DNA of 64,000 nucleotides. It comes from a virus. The stretch spans positions 1 through 64,000 of IMG/VR virus record IMGVR_UViG_3300049719_000158; one strand, given 5' to 3'. Positions within the stretch are counted from its first letter, which is position 1, and the number at the start of each line of letters is the position of its first letter. A model generated the notes under the pieces. That model did not search any database. It was not told where the DNA came from and saw only the letters and a list, made by a program, of their open reading frames with translations. The translations under genes and the position numbers were made by a program. Positions 21,157-31,535 of this stretch are shown piece after piece.

Positions 21157-22188
21157 TACAAACTTCTTACGCGTTGGATCACTTTATTATAATCGAGTAT
21201 GTACTGCGAGTTCTCCGGAACTCCTGCTTTCCTCGCTGACTGGACCTGACCCAACAAATTCTTCACGATGAACTGCTTTGAAGAAGCCTTCACTGCTTTC
21301 AATAACTGTTGTTCAGCTTGTTGCATGTCTTCTTGCGGAAGCGACTTTAACTTTGACAAATCAATTTTTCTACCCGTGATTCGCGACAGGTCATCTACGC
21401 TCTTTGCATCCGCGATGCCCTTTGCGGTGTTGTATGCTTGCGTGAGAGCGCCTTGCACGATCTTTTGCGCTGACTGCTGCGCTCGTTGCGTTTCAGGTGA
21501 GTCTAAGAATGCATTGACGAGCTTCTCTGATGAGAGAACTGACACAACATCCTTTTTTGGTTTTGCGTCGTCTTCATGTAATAGATCACCTGTGCGCAAC
21601 GAACTTTCGTAATTGTTGTACGAACTATCGTTTCCATTCGATTTTTTATCGGTGATGTGAAACACGTTCTTTATTTTTGAGAGAACGCCGTCTAATCTTC
21701 CGCCCGATAATATCGACGCTGCTTTCATCACTGACGCGGGAGCTTTTTGTAAAAAGTCTGCCGCAAAAAACATTTTTGGGCTATATAACATAGCTAAAAA
21801 TTGCACGTCTGAGTCCATCAGACTGTTCCATGTAGCATCGTACACGGGTTTGTACTGTTGTTTTAGCTTTTCAATTTGTCGTTGCTCAGCATCGAATATA
21901 TCTTTATAATCAGAAGACAACGAAGGTATAAGCGTTGAACCAATTGTTTCAAAAGCAGATTTTAATAAAGTTTGTGCTTTTACGCTTGTTTCTTGCGACT
22001 TTCCGGAAATTGTTTTTCCCACATCAAGGAACGGATCAAGAAATGTCTTTTTGAGTGCGTCTTGACTTGTGAGCGACATTCCAAATGGGCTATCGTTTGC
22101 TGCGAAATCGCCTAACGATCCCATGTCGTTTCCAACATCACCGTCTTCGGTTAGAATGAGTTTTACGTATTCTCGCAACAGTTTCACG
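21156..22188 (-). CDS. Helical protein with KLLREYVKLILTE leader (probable virion/internal protein)
   Basis: Likely GTG start at 22188 preceded by TAGTTA; the longer ORF start would overlap tRNA-Pro. Confidence 0.65.
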
Positions 22189-22229
22189 TTAATAACTATT
22201 CTTACAACACAAGTTTGTTTTTGAATTTG

Positions 22230-22303
22230 TCTGGATGACACGAATCGAACGTGCAATCCCCGCGCCCCAGACGCGGTGCTTTACCAAGTTGAGCCACACC
22301 CAG
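22230..22303 (-). tRNA. trnP: tRNA-Pro(TGG) with atypical C33
   Basis: CTGGGTG/CATCCAG acceptor, CCGCG-TCTGGGG-CGCGG anticodon arm, GCACG-TTCGATT-CGTGT T-arm. Confidence 0.85.
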
Positions 22304-22735
22304 GATTTTAATTATATTCTATTTCTCAATACTCACTGAACCCAGGACAATTTTGACAACCGTCAAGATCAAATTCACGACATCAACTACACATGTGTGT
22401 GCCCAAATTTAAACGTTTTGCGTTCACCGTCTAGCGTCTCACCGAATTCTGTGATTGCTTCGTTGAGCTCGTCGAGTTCGTCTGACAACTTATCGAGCGC
22501 TGACGTGTCAAAGTCATTTTCTTCGTCGACTTCTAACATCCTATCGTATTTTTTACGCAATGCATGAGCTATTGTGATCAGTTCGTCGTTCCAACATTGT
22601 CTAAAACAAACTTGATCTCCCGACAGTATCAAATCGTACCCACACTTTCCGATATTATCTCAACATACACGTTGACGTTGTCAACTTTCCAGTAGTTGTT
22701 ATCAATTTTCAATGACAGTTCAACGTTCGAAATGT

Positions 22736-23233
22736 TCATGTCAATTCGTAACCTTTCAACCAATATGTTCGAATGTTCATTAAGATATTGCCAAGTTTAT
22801 TTTCTCCCGTGCCAGATCTGTAGTCTCGCCCCCAATACACGTCGTACCACGAGTTTAATTCAATGAGTTCTTTTTCTAGTGTTTCAATTAATTTGCAGCG
22901 TAGTTCAACATTTCTATAAAATTTGTCGAACAAAATTATTGACATCACGTCAAAACGTTTCTTATTCCATTCATTAGGCGTGTAAAGTTTGTTAAATGTC
23001 TCAAATTTCCATGCTTTCTTTGACTCACTCGGTGACATTGACGTGAACGATGACCTGTGTTCTGGTATTAGTTTTGCTGCTTGATACGCATTTTCACTGC
23101 TTGGATAAAGTAACATGTCAAAACATACATCACAGCGATGAAAATTTGATAACCATCTATAGTTATCAAAAAATCCTGCGATTTGTGTATCATCATGAAT
23201 GATGTACGTTTTGTAATCAATCATGTTTAACAT
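22736..23233 (-). CDS. NADAR family protein
   Basis: WLSNF, SSENAYQAAK, KF..N..LR..L, LIELNSWYDVYWG, GENKLGNILM. Confidence 0.92.
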   Translation of the reverse strand: MLNMIDYKTYIIHDDTQIAGFFDNYRWLSNFHRCDVCFDMLLYPSSENAYQAAKLIPEHRSSFTSMSPSESKKAWKFETFNKLYTPNEWNKKRFDVMSIILFDKFYRNVELRCKLIETLEKELIELNSWYDVYWGRDYRSGTGENKLGNILMNIRTYWLKGYELT

Positions 23234-23626
23234 TTTTTCATCTCCATTTTGATCCCGTCGTCATTAGGAAACCTCACAACACTTGGTAAACGGGTAACTG
23301 TCTTTACGATTGTCTTGACGACGATTTCGGGTTCAGGACACCTGTTCGTGCAAGTATCAACGCACTCATTGACGGTGATTTCATCCGAGCTAAGCGCAGA
23401 TTCAATCACGTCTTCAACGATGCCCGCGTCTTCGGGTACGGTGATACCTTGTCGAACAGGAGACGACAAGCAACTTGATAAGATTAGTGATAAAAACAGT
23501 ACACATTTTTTCATTTTATCCAGCTTTCTTAGCACGTGTAGTTACAGTAACACATGTCATTTACTTCGTACACAATTTACGTAATAATTTAGTGTAACTA
23601 TTATGAGAGTGTGATAAACTATTTAT

Positions 23627-23848
23627 ATGAAGTGGAACAAAAAAGAAAAACCAAAACCTGGTGACGTTCGATTTGTAAAACAGTTTTTGTTCATGCCAAA
23701 GTGTCTTAAGACAATTGGTCAAAATGATACGTTAACGTATCGTTGGCTTGAAACTGTGTGCATAAAACAAGCATACACCGCCGAACACCATGGTGACCTT
23801 CATCCTTATGACTATAAATGGGTTGATCTTGGATGGGTAGGGTTATGA
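23627..23848 (+). CDS. Hypothetical phage protein
   Basis: Promoter repeat at 23592-23629; a frameshifted paralog (MKWKAKIKP...WIWLET) starts near 8108. Confidence 0.65.
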   Translation: MKWNKKEKPKPGDVRFVKQFLFMPKCLKTIGQNDTLTYRWLETVCIKQAYTAEHHGDLHPYDYKWVDLGWVGL

Positions 23849-24477
23849 ATATAGTAGGATTATTACCTTGCGCGTGTAAACCATACCATATTGGCCATCA
23901 TTTATTGATTCAGCACGCCGCTCGAGAATGCGACGTCGTTAAACTATTTGTTTCCACCGCGGACCGCAAACGTGGAGGTGAGGCGGTTGTGTTGGGCGAA
24001 GACATGCATAAGATCTTCATTTTCCAAATAGAAAAGTTGCTTCCGAAGAACGTTGAAGTGAAGTATGGCGGTTCTCCAGTGAGCAATGCGTGGGAACTCG
24101 TTGGAATGGTCGACAAAACACAACCGCTTGACATTAGCAAATCATATGTTTTATATGGTGATCCCACTGACATCAACGAAAATTTTCCGCAAACGTCATT
24201 AGCAAAGTACACGCCAAACTTACTAAAGTTAGACCTCGTAAAAACAGTTTCGGTTTCACGGTTATCTACTGTCAACGTGTCAGGCACTATGATGCGCAAT
24301 TGGCTTTCAACGGGAAACAAACAAGATTTTTGTGATCATTTGCCACATGGCATTGACGTTGATTTGATATGGAACACGCTAAAAGCGTCTGCAGACAACG
24401 AATTATTGAAGCGTGTTCAACGAATGAGCACAAAAGCAATAACGTCAAAAACGATAAAACCAAAGAAAAAGTTATGA
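23833..24477 (+). CDS. Cytidylyltransferase-like (HIGH) nucleotidyltransferase
   Basis: KPYHIGH and VSGTMMR motifs. Confidence 0.8.
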   Translation: MGRVMNIVGLLPCACKPYHIGHHLLIQHAARECDVVKLFVSTADRKRGGEAVVLGEDMHKIFIFQIEKLLPKNVEVKYGGSPVSNAWELVGMVDKTQPLDISKSYVLYGDPTDINENFPQTSLAKYTPNLLKLDLVKTVSVSRLSTVNVSGTMMRNWLSTGNKQDFCDHLPHGIDVDLIWNTLKASADNELLKRVQRMSTKAITSKTIKPKKKL

Positions 24478-24491
24478 AAACACGATATTGA

Positions 24492-25532
24492 TCAATCTTC
24501 CAATATTTTTACTTTTGGCAAAATTTTAAAGTCTCCCTTTGACGCACAATCAACGATACAATCGTTCATCAAACGGGGGTAACACTTGTTATTCTTGTAA
24601 AAGATGACACCTGTCGTGTCGCTTTCGGCGCTCAACATCTCTTCGTGAAGAGCTTTCTCAAAGTCTCCAAACTCTTTCACAAACAGTTCTTTGTTAGCCT
24701 CAATGACACCCTTCGTCAAGCTGTTTCTGACGTCGCACCTGCCGACGTTGATAAAGTCGTTCAACTTTGATAGCTCAACGAGCTTCTCACAAACTTTGCA
24801 CGTTGAGTATGAGCTCTTACCTAATCGAACTGACCCGTTCTGAAGTTCTTTTACGTGAAAAGTTGTGCCATTATCGCAGTTTACGTCGTGGTATCCAACG
24901 CCGCGGCACCAGTTTGTGTCTGCAAACAAAAATAGGCTCAATATTTCTCCCCGCCCATTCACTCTGTCAAAGATGTTGAAGACAGGATCAAAAATTGGTG
25001 CTATGTCAAAGTAGTTCTTTCCGTGTTTTTCCAGAGCGTCATTGATCGTCCCGAATGGAAACAATGCCTCAAACAACTCTCTTGGATTACTCGTGAACAA
25101 CACGCTCAAAAGGTGTAAATAGAGATCACGTCCTTGCGAACGCACTGAACACACCTGTTTATCGAGAGCGTTTATTTTGTCAAACCTGATGCACGAATAT
25201 TCATTTTCGTTTCGTCGAGCATACAACCAATTTACATATTCAGTGTCATAATACACGCCCTTTAAATCGCCAATTTTGGGCGCATGTTTTTTTGATTGCG
25301 ACCACGCCCACGTTCTGTCAGAAGAATTCACCTTCCTCAACGTTGACAATATCGAAAGTTGTTCGTCCTGCCAATACTTTCGTGCGTGATTTACTTCGTC
25401 AAGCGTCCAGCGCTGCGCTTCGTTACGTAGGTCAATGAAACCCAGCTTGCACAACGTTTCCTGCATTTCAGGCGTCACGCAGTCACCTGATGCAACATAA
25501 TTTTCTACACCGTTGACACTCAACGTAATCAT
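24492..25532 (-). CDS. Hypothetical protein, possible C-terminal PD-(D/E)xK-like domain
   Basis: GRGEIL...DV...HVKE arrangement. Confidence 0.5.
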   Translation of the reverse strand: MITLSVNGVENYVASGDCVTPEMQETLCKLGFIDLRNEAQRWTLDEVNHARKYWQDEQLSILSTLRKVNSSDRTWAWSQSKKHAPKIGDLKGVYYDTEYVNWLYARRNENEYSCIRFDKINALDKQVCSVRSQGRDLYLHLLSVLFTSNPRELFEALFPFGTINDALEKHGKNYFDIAPIFDPVFNIFDRVNGRGEILSLFLFADTNWCRGVGYHDVNCDNGTTFHVKELQNGSVRLGKSSYSTCKVCEKLVELSKLNDFINVGRCDVRNSLTKGVIEANKELFVKEFGDFEKALHEEMLSAESDTTGVIFYKNNKCYPRLMNDCIVDCASKGDFKILPKVKILED

Positions 25533-25570
25533 ATTGATGATTGTTATTTACATCATCACTAATGATGTGT

Positions 25571-26476
25571 TCAATTAGAGTGTAACTTGAGTACACTGTG
25601 TTGCATCTCGTAGAAATCGCTTGGCTTCTCAAAGTGGTGCCACGTGCACAAAGTTGCCCTATCGTTCAACACGTGCAACACTTTTGCTTGGTGCTCTGTG
25701 ACATGTGAAAATGCCGCGCAGCGTTCGTAGTCAATGTGACCATCCTGAGTGATAGGATAAAACACGTTGAAGTCAGCGACGCACTTCAACTTTTTGCTGT
25801 GTATCCAATTACGTTGTTTTTGAATTCCAGTGTCATGGCACCATGGCTTGTCTGATGGCTTATCGATCTTTTGCGACGATATCATTCTCGTCTCGCACTG
25901 AATTACGCTCAACGCGTTGCACAACACCTGATCCTGCGCAATCGTGTAAGGCCACATGTGTTGCGCATCAAATGACAAGTTGACATCATTGTGCAACACG
26001 TCGTACGCTTGAACATAGTGCTCGTGCGTTGATATGACTTCTTGAACTTGTGAAAATGCAGCAGCGTTCATGAGCAACCCTGCGCCGCCATTGAACCTGG
26101 GACCCTTTCTCAAAGCTTCAGCGCGCGCATCAACGTTCGTGCCTTTGCCAAATGCTTTCCACAGGTTCGCATCCTTGCTCGTCACCATGCCAATTCTATA
26201 GTACACGACGCACGGTGTTGCAGGAAGTCGCGACAATAATAGTTTTACGTTGTTTGCGTTCACCCATGTGTCGTCGTCTATGAAGAACAACCAGTCGTGA
26301 GAGTTTGGCTTTTCAAAATATTTTAGCCACTTGCGCGTCGTTGACATGACCTTAAGACGCACGTCAATGTCATCGGCGTCATTGAGCATCTCAACGTTTT
26401 GCCCAAAAAGACACGTTTCACGTTGCGCTTTACAAAGTTCAACCTGCTTGTCACATGTCGTGACTACGTACTGCAC
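25571..26476 (-). CDS. Fringe/GT31-like glycosyltransferase
   Basis: WLFFIDDDTWV (DxD), NGGAGLLM, QD, terminal WHH. Confidence 0.75.
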   Translation of the reverse strand: MQYVVTTCDKQVELCKAQRETCLFGQNVEMLNDADDIDVRLKVMSTTRKWLKYFEKPNSHDWLFFIDDDTWVNANNVKLLLSRLPATPCVVYYRIGMVTSKDANLWKAFGKGTNVDARAEALRKGPRFNGGAGLLMNAAAFSQVQEVISTHEHYVQAYDVLHNDVNLSFDAQHMWPYTIAQDQVLCNALSVIQCETRMISSQKIDKPSDKPWCHDTGIQKQRNWIHSKKLKCVADFNVFYPITQDGHIDYERCAAFSHVTEHQAKVLHVLNDRATLCTWHHFEKPSDFYEMQHSVLKLHSN

Positions 26477-27522
26477 TTGAACTTCTCCATGTCGTACATC
26501 ATCTTAGGTTGCTTTATTCTATGAAGAGAGATTAGATTTGCGTCACTCTCTATGACGTGAGCATTTTTTCTACCCGTTGGGTCGTGCACCCTTGCGAGCT
26601 CCCACGCTTTCTCACAGTCAAGTTCATTGCGAGTTCCTGGCACAACAGGATACGCTGGAGACAAATCGGACACGCACTTTTCTGCTCCTGTTTTCCAGTG
26701 TCCCAACTTTTTCTGAAAGTGCGTGTCGTGCATCCATGGGTGGGATGAAACATACGCGTCTTCAACTATCTTTATGATCGTTCCGTCGTCATTTTTCTTC
26801 TTTGTGATCTTTTGCAACGGAGGTGCGTACACTTCTTTGTACACTTGCGACTTTGACACATTGTACTCAGCGCATGACTTTTCAATTGCGAGCGCGAGAG
26901 GTCTTCGCATCACGTGATCCTGACCCATGAAGAATGGAAACATTGCGTCAGCACCTTCTGACAACGACTTTGAATTTCGCGTTGCATCAATCGCTGCTGA
27001 CATGTGATTATCGGTTCGCATTATCGACGCGATAATTTCGGACGCCTTGACGTTCATCAAAAGTCCTGCCCCACCGTGATATCCTGTTGCGTACTTTGTC
27101 TTTTCGTGAAACAAGTCCTTTGCGCGTTGTGGGTAGTCTGTCAATCCAGGAAACATTGACCTCGTCTTGCCGCTAAGACATGTTGCAGCATCGAACGACC
27201 AAAACGCCGGGCAATTGTACGTTGAAATGACCGGAAATGATGTTGGTAGCTGAGAACATGCGCGCTCAAGGTTTTCAGTGAACACCCACGTGTCGTCATC
27301 GATAAAAAACAGCCAATTATGTGTGCCAAAATCTTCACGATCCCACCACCGCAGCGTCTTGCGTGCAGTGCTCAACAACGCTAATTCTTTGTCAAGGTTG
27401 TCTTCGTCATTGAGCACGTCAACGTCTTGTCCAAATAAACACGTTGAAAGTTGAGCGTTCATAAGCTCAACGTATCGATTACACGTGATTGTTACATATT
27501 TGACGTTATGTTTACCTTGCAT
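26464..27522 (-). CDS. Fringe/GT31-like glycosyltransferase (tandem paralog)
   Basis: WLFFIDDDTWV, HGGAGLLM, QD, ISLH. Confidence 0.75.
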   Translation of the reverse strand: MQGKHNVKYVTITCNRYVELMNAQLSTCLFGQDVDVLNDEDNLDKELALLSTARKTLRWWDREDFGTHNWLFFIDDDTWVFTENLERACSQLPTSFPVISTYNCPAFWSFDAATCLSGKTRSMFPGLTDYPQRAKDLFHEKTKYATGYHGGAGLLMNVKASEIIASIMRTDNHMSAAIDATRNSKSLSEGADAMFPFFMGQDHVMRRPLALAIEKSCAEYNVSKSQVYKEVYAPPLQKITKKKNDDGTIIKIVEDAYVSSHPWMHDTHFQKKLGHWKTGAEKCVSDLSPAYPVVPGTRNELDCEKAWELARVHDPTGRKNAHVIESDANLISLHRIKQPKMMYDMEKFKCST

Positions 27523-28666
27523 ATCGATAATATCCCAATATTTTATTCACACGACCAAAATTCGCAGTCAACTTTAACATCTTTCCAAAACAATTAAATA
27601 CTATTCCTTCAATGGGCAACGTGTTATTCACGTTGAAATTCATTGTCTCTTTTTCAACGAACGACTTTGTCTTCACGTCCTCAGACTGACGCATTTCATT
27701 TATGACGTTTTGCAATGTATCTTTTATTCGTTTTGTCTCACGTTCAGGATCATTCACCAACACAGGTTGAACTTGTTTCAATACTTCGTGCGAAAAGTCT
27801 TTGATTATCGTCTCAAACGGTTCAACGTACTTTTGTACGAGTTGTGGTCCCACGTTCTTAACGTAGTCAGAAACTTGTGTTTGCTGCGACTTTGGCAACG
27901 TTTTCTTTATTTCAGTGAGCGACAAAGCGTTGTCGTCCTTCACGATCCTGTTAGCGACATGAGCTGCGATGACGGGAGCCAAAAGTAAATCTCTTCTAAC
28001 GTCCTTCAAGACTTGAACTTTCAAGTAATCAAGCAACGTATTTTCGTTTGTAAGCTCTGCCTCACCAATCAGATCGTTCATCTTTGATAAGGACACTTGT
28101 GCAACTTCACAATCAAGTTGTTTCAAACAAACGTTGAAAGGCCTGTGTAACGTCCACCCGTCGACTTTGATTTTAACAGGAAAGTTTGCATTGCACTTTA
28201 CATTTACAATTTCACCCTTGATGACTTCAAAGACCGGTGCGTCATGGAATATCACGTGATTACCATCGTACTCAATCACGTTCCTCGTGGGTCCATAGAT
28301 GATCTCAATAGAGTAAAACCTACTCCCATTAGCGAAGATGTTTCTAAGAACTTCATCGCTTTCTTTTTTAAAGACGCTTGACAATACTTTGTACACGTTG
28401 ATGAACGCATCCTGCACGTCGCCACGACCGTCAAACTTGTTCGTGAGCTCATTGCATGACAACCCTCCTGTCAACATTTCGGTCTTGTTACGAGCGACAC
28501 GAACGCCAAGTTGGGAAACAGAAAACATCAAATTTTGACCGTCAAACTTAGTGCTGACACCTCGCATTTTACCTGCTGAAACACGTAAGATTATGTCTTT
28601 GATCTCACCAAAAGTGAAGTTAAAACACTCAGTGATGTGTGCGATGTGGCCAGCACTTCCGCCCAA
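27512..28666 (-). CDS. Conserved large-phage protein with ligase-like KxDG and EGIV motifs
   Basis: MGGSAGHIAH, TKFDGQN, ARNK, IEGIVF...LKLT. Confidence 0.65.
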   Translation of the reverse strand: MGGSAGHIAHITECFNFTFGEIKDIILRVSAGKMRGVSTKFDGQNLMFSVSQLGVRVARNKTEMLTGGLSCNELTNKFDGRGDVQDAFINVYKVLSSVFKKESDEVLRNIFANGSRFYSIEIIYGPTRNVIEYDGNHVIFHDAPVFEVIKGEIVNVKCNANFPVKIKVDGWTLHRPFNVCLKQLDCEVAQVSLSKMNDLIGEAELTNENTLLDYLKVQVLKDVRRDLLLAPVIAAHVANRIVKDDNALSLTEIKKTLPKSQQTQVSDYVKNVGPQLVQKYVEPFETIIKDFSHEVLKQVQPVLVNDPERETKRIKDTLQNVINEMRQSEDVKTKSFVEKETMNFNVNNTLPIEGIVFNCFGKMLKLTANFGRVNKILGYYRYAR

Positions 28667-28868
28667 TTTACCCTCCTAATAAAAAGTACGTTTGAAGAAT
28701 GTTTGAGGCAAGAATTGTCCCTTCATATTCTCCTGCTTTTATGCGCACCACTGCTTCAAGAAAACCACAGCGCAACGATGAATTACGAGCGAACTCTTCG
28801 CCCTCGTCAAGCAACTCATCTTCAGTATACTCCCAAAAGTGTTCTCCAGTTTGTGTTGGCATGTTTCA

Positions 28869-29525
28869 CTATACCACAATGTCGTCGAAAATTAATGGAA
28901 TTCGTTTCTTCGTTTCTTCAAGCGTCATCAACATCAACTCTCTCATCTGCGGATGTGCAGCCTTTGACGTACGAAGATTAAAAACATGTCGCCATTCGCG
29001 CAAATTAGCAGTCATGACAATCTCGGTTTTGAGCGAGTTCGGAAGCACAGTGTGCGCCTGTTGAGGCGAAGCTCCCGCTTGAAGCAACGCAAAGTATGAA
29101 ACTTCAGCGTGTTGACATACGTCTTTCCAAATAGTGTAAAAACGTTGATTTGCTGTTAAGTTCTCTATTACACGTTCATCTTCGTCATCAACCCAAAAAC
29201 AAGGTTCTATGACTGTAATTTCGTTACCAAACTTGTCTTTGTTGTAGTTACAATATCGTGTGCTTTCCTGGGAGAGAGAACACAATCGATGCCTAACGAG
29301 TTCATGCGTCACACCGCGGTCACACACGAATTTTATTGTCATGGATGCGTGTTCGATGACGCTCTCATGATGTCCTTCAAGTATTTTCTTGACGAACGGA
29401 AGCGCAGTACCAGGTAAAATCTTGTCTTCACTTTTATAACAAACACAACCGGCGAGCTCAAGAAGCTCAAGTGGATTCGCAGGAGATATATTCAGAATTT
29501 CAAATGATGGTTTGATTATTTTCAT
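28869..29525 (-). CDS. thyX: Flavin-dependent thymidylate synthase
   Basis: HESVIEH, RHRLCSLSQESTRY, TANLREWRH..LR..AHPQMR. Confidence 0.95.
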   Translation of the reverse strand: MKIIKPSFEILNISPANPLELLELAGCVCYKSEDKILPGTALPFVKKILEGHHESVIEHASMTIKFVCDRGVTHELVRHRLCSLSQESTRYCNYNKDKFGNEITVIEPCFWVDDEDERVIENLTANQRFYTIWKDVCQHAEVSYFALLQAGASPQQAHTVLPNSLKTEIVMTANLREWRHVFNLRTSKAAHPQMRELMLMTLEETKKRIPLIFDDIVV

Positions 29526-30101
29526 GTTTCAATCTCAAAATATTTCTGCAAGTGTTCGTTCGTTATTTGCTCGTCTTGTTCAAGACACAATTGTTTTCGA
29601 AGTTTTTCAATAAAATTAAACGTTAGCGTGACTGTTATATTACCATTTTGTGAATGCACATTTTGCGTTTTGTACAAGTGTGTCATATCACCACCATAAA
29701 TTTGTGTAATACTCTTCGAACAATTTTAGTCCCTCATGAAATTTTTCACATGGTTCAGTGTCATAAGACCAATAGTCTTCAGACGCCGCAAATTCAAATG
29801 CGTCAATCATCTTGTCGAGTATCGTTTGCCATTCTTTGTGCGATGATAAGTCACAAGGATATGCATATACACCATTTCGAAAAGCCTTAAGACGAGGCAA
29901 AATTAATTTTGCTAACGAGTGATCGAGCGACCACAATTCGGTGTCGTCAAAGCCACGAACCCTTCGTTGCACAAAGTGTTTGAATAGGCGTACGTGACTA
30001 CGTAATTTGTATGAAAAATGATGATACAACTTAACAAACTGACATACGTTCATGTCAAAGATAATAAAATAAATATGCATTCATGTATACGTTCGTGAAT
30101 T

Positions 30102-30306
30102 AAAATTGCGACTGAAGAAACTCGAAAAAAGATAAGTGAAGCAGGACTTATTGCTCAAAATCGTCCGGAAGTAAAAAGCAAAAAGGAGCAAATCAATGCT
30201 TGCATATAACACAAAACCAGGTGTTAGAGAACACAAAAGTAAAATGGCACGTATTGCACAAAGCATTAAAACGCGCTGCAAAACGTTTTATGTCATCAAT
30301 TATTGA
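30102..30306 (+). pseudogene. NUMOD3 homing-endonuclease C-terminal remnant
   Basis: TEETRKKISEAGLIAQNRPEV resembles AAQNRPEV in ORF 33775-34371; no start codon; frameshift in an A-run near 30175. Confidence 0.55.
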
Positions 30307-30337
30307 AAATTATTACATTGACATAAAAAAGTTGTAA

Positions 30338-30961
30338 TTATCTATTTTTGGGTTGAATTGGCATCATTTTTGGTGCCATAGTATTTTCTACACCCGTTTG
30401 TTTCACTGAACTTGAAACGCTATTTTTCGTTATCGTAGGTTTTATGTGCTTTACGTTTTGTTGGTCATTTGTAATATTTCCTTTTTTCATCTTTATTGAA
30501 GGATCGGGATCTTCAGGTTCGGTCGCGGTCTGCGCATCAACAACTCCAGTGACAATTTGAGAAATACCTTTTAAAAATGCGAGAAGAGCAGTTTTTTCAG
30601 CTTTTGAAAGATTATTAACATAACTTGTCAAATTTGACTTTACAATTTCGTCTCTGTTAAAACTTTTCCCAGCACGTATAGAATTTAAGACGTCGATAAC
30701 GGCTTCAGGACTAACGTCGCCTGTTTTAAGTTCGTCACCCGTCTTCGTCTCAGGTTGTTCTTTCGTTGCATCAGGTGTCTTCATCGCATCACTTGGTGCA
30801 GTTTTAGCTGTATCACCTTTATCGCTAAAGAGTTCGCTCGAAGAGACTTGTGCTTCTTGTTTTTCCTCTTCATCTAACGCGTTCTTGTGAAGAGTGTCAT
30901 TGATCGCCTCATTGATGTATTCACGAAGCGAGCGAGAGGTGCGTAAAATCGTTGTTGTCAT
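30338..30961 (-). CDS. Protein with SLREYINE leader (probable virion protein)
   Basis: Shared motif; TAGTTAT upstream. Confidence 0.7.
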   Translation of the reverse strand: MTTTILRTSRSLREYINEAINDTLHKNALDEEEKQEAQVSSSELFSDKGDTAKTAPSDAMKTPDATKEQPETKTGDELKTGDVSPEAVIDVLNSIRAGKSFNRDEIVKSNLTSYVNNLSKAEKTALLAFLKGISQIVTGVVDAQTATEPEDPDPSIKMKKGNITNDQQNVKHIKPTITKNSVSSSVKQTGVENTMAPKMMPIQPKNR

Positions 30962-31163
30962 ACTTCTTATAACTATTCATTCACGATCAAAGTTGACGTT
31001 GCAACGTTCACAATCACACTCATCGTGGTGTTCAAACTCATCAAATTCATCAATCATAAGCGTTGAATATGTTCGAATTCGTGTTTTCACTGAAGGCAAA
31101 ATGACCAATTCACCCTTTTTGAAACCTTTACATACACTCATGAGTGCATCAAATAAGCTCATA

Positions 31164-31535
31164 TTATTTTCCTATCGTAAGGTCACACGTTCCATCGTGT
31201 AAGTTTGACATGTGATACTGCGTTAAGCGTGTAACGCAAGTGTTTGTGTATTTGAAGATTTTGTCTCCGCTCGTCACGTACGCGCACTCAAATCGTGGAA
31301 CAATTTCAACGACTTCTAATGCAGACGCAATGTCAACGCGAAGCGTAACGCTCAGTTCACCCACGGTGTGTGAAATGTTGACCAGTAAACCCGACAGTTC
31401 TAATGTTTCGTCTTTGTCCTTAAGACGAACCATGACAAACGTCGACTGTTTTACTTTTTCTTCGATAGGATCAGGTTGATGACCTTCTGCCCAATCCATT
31501 TCAATTTGATCAATGAAATCTACGTCTTTAGACAT
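31164..31535 (-). CDS. Hypothetical protein
   Basis: 123 aa ORF overlapping the uxs stop. Confidence 0.6.
   Translation of the reverse strand: MSKDVDFIDQIEMDWAEGHQPDPIEEKVKQSTFVMVRLKDKDETLELSGLLVNISHTVGELSVTLRVDIASALEVVEIVPRFECAYVTSGDKIFKYTNTCVTRLTQYHMSNLHDGTCDLTIGK

Noticed and set aside
22189-22256. N-terminal extension of ORF 21156-22256
   Set aside because: It overlaps tRNA-Pro; the GTG at 22188 with its upstream motif and leader peptide fits better.
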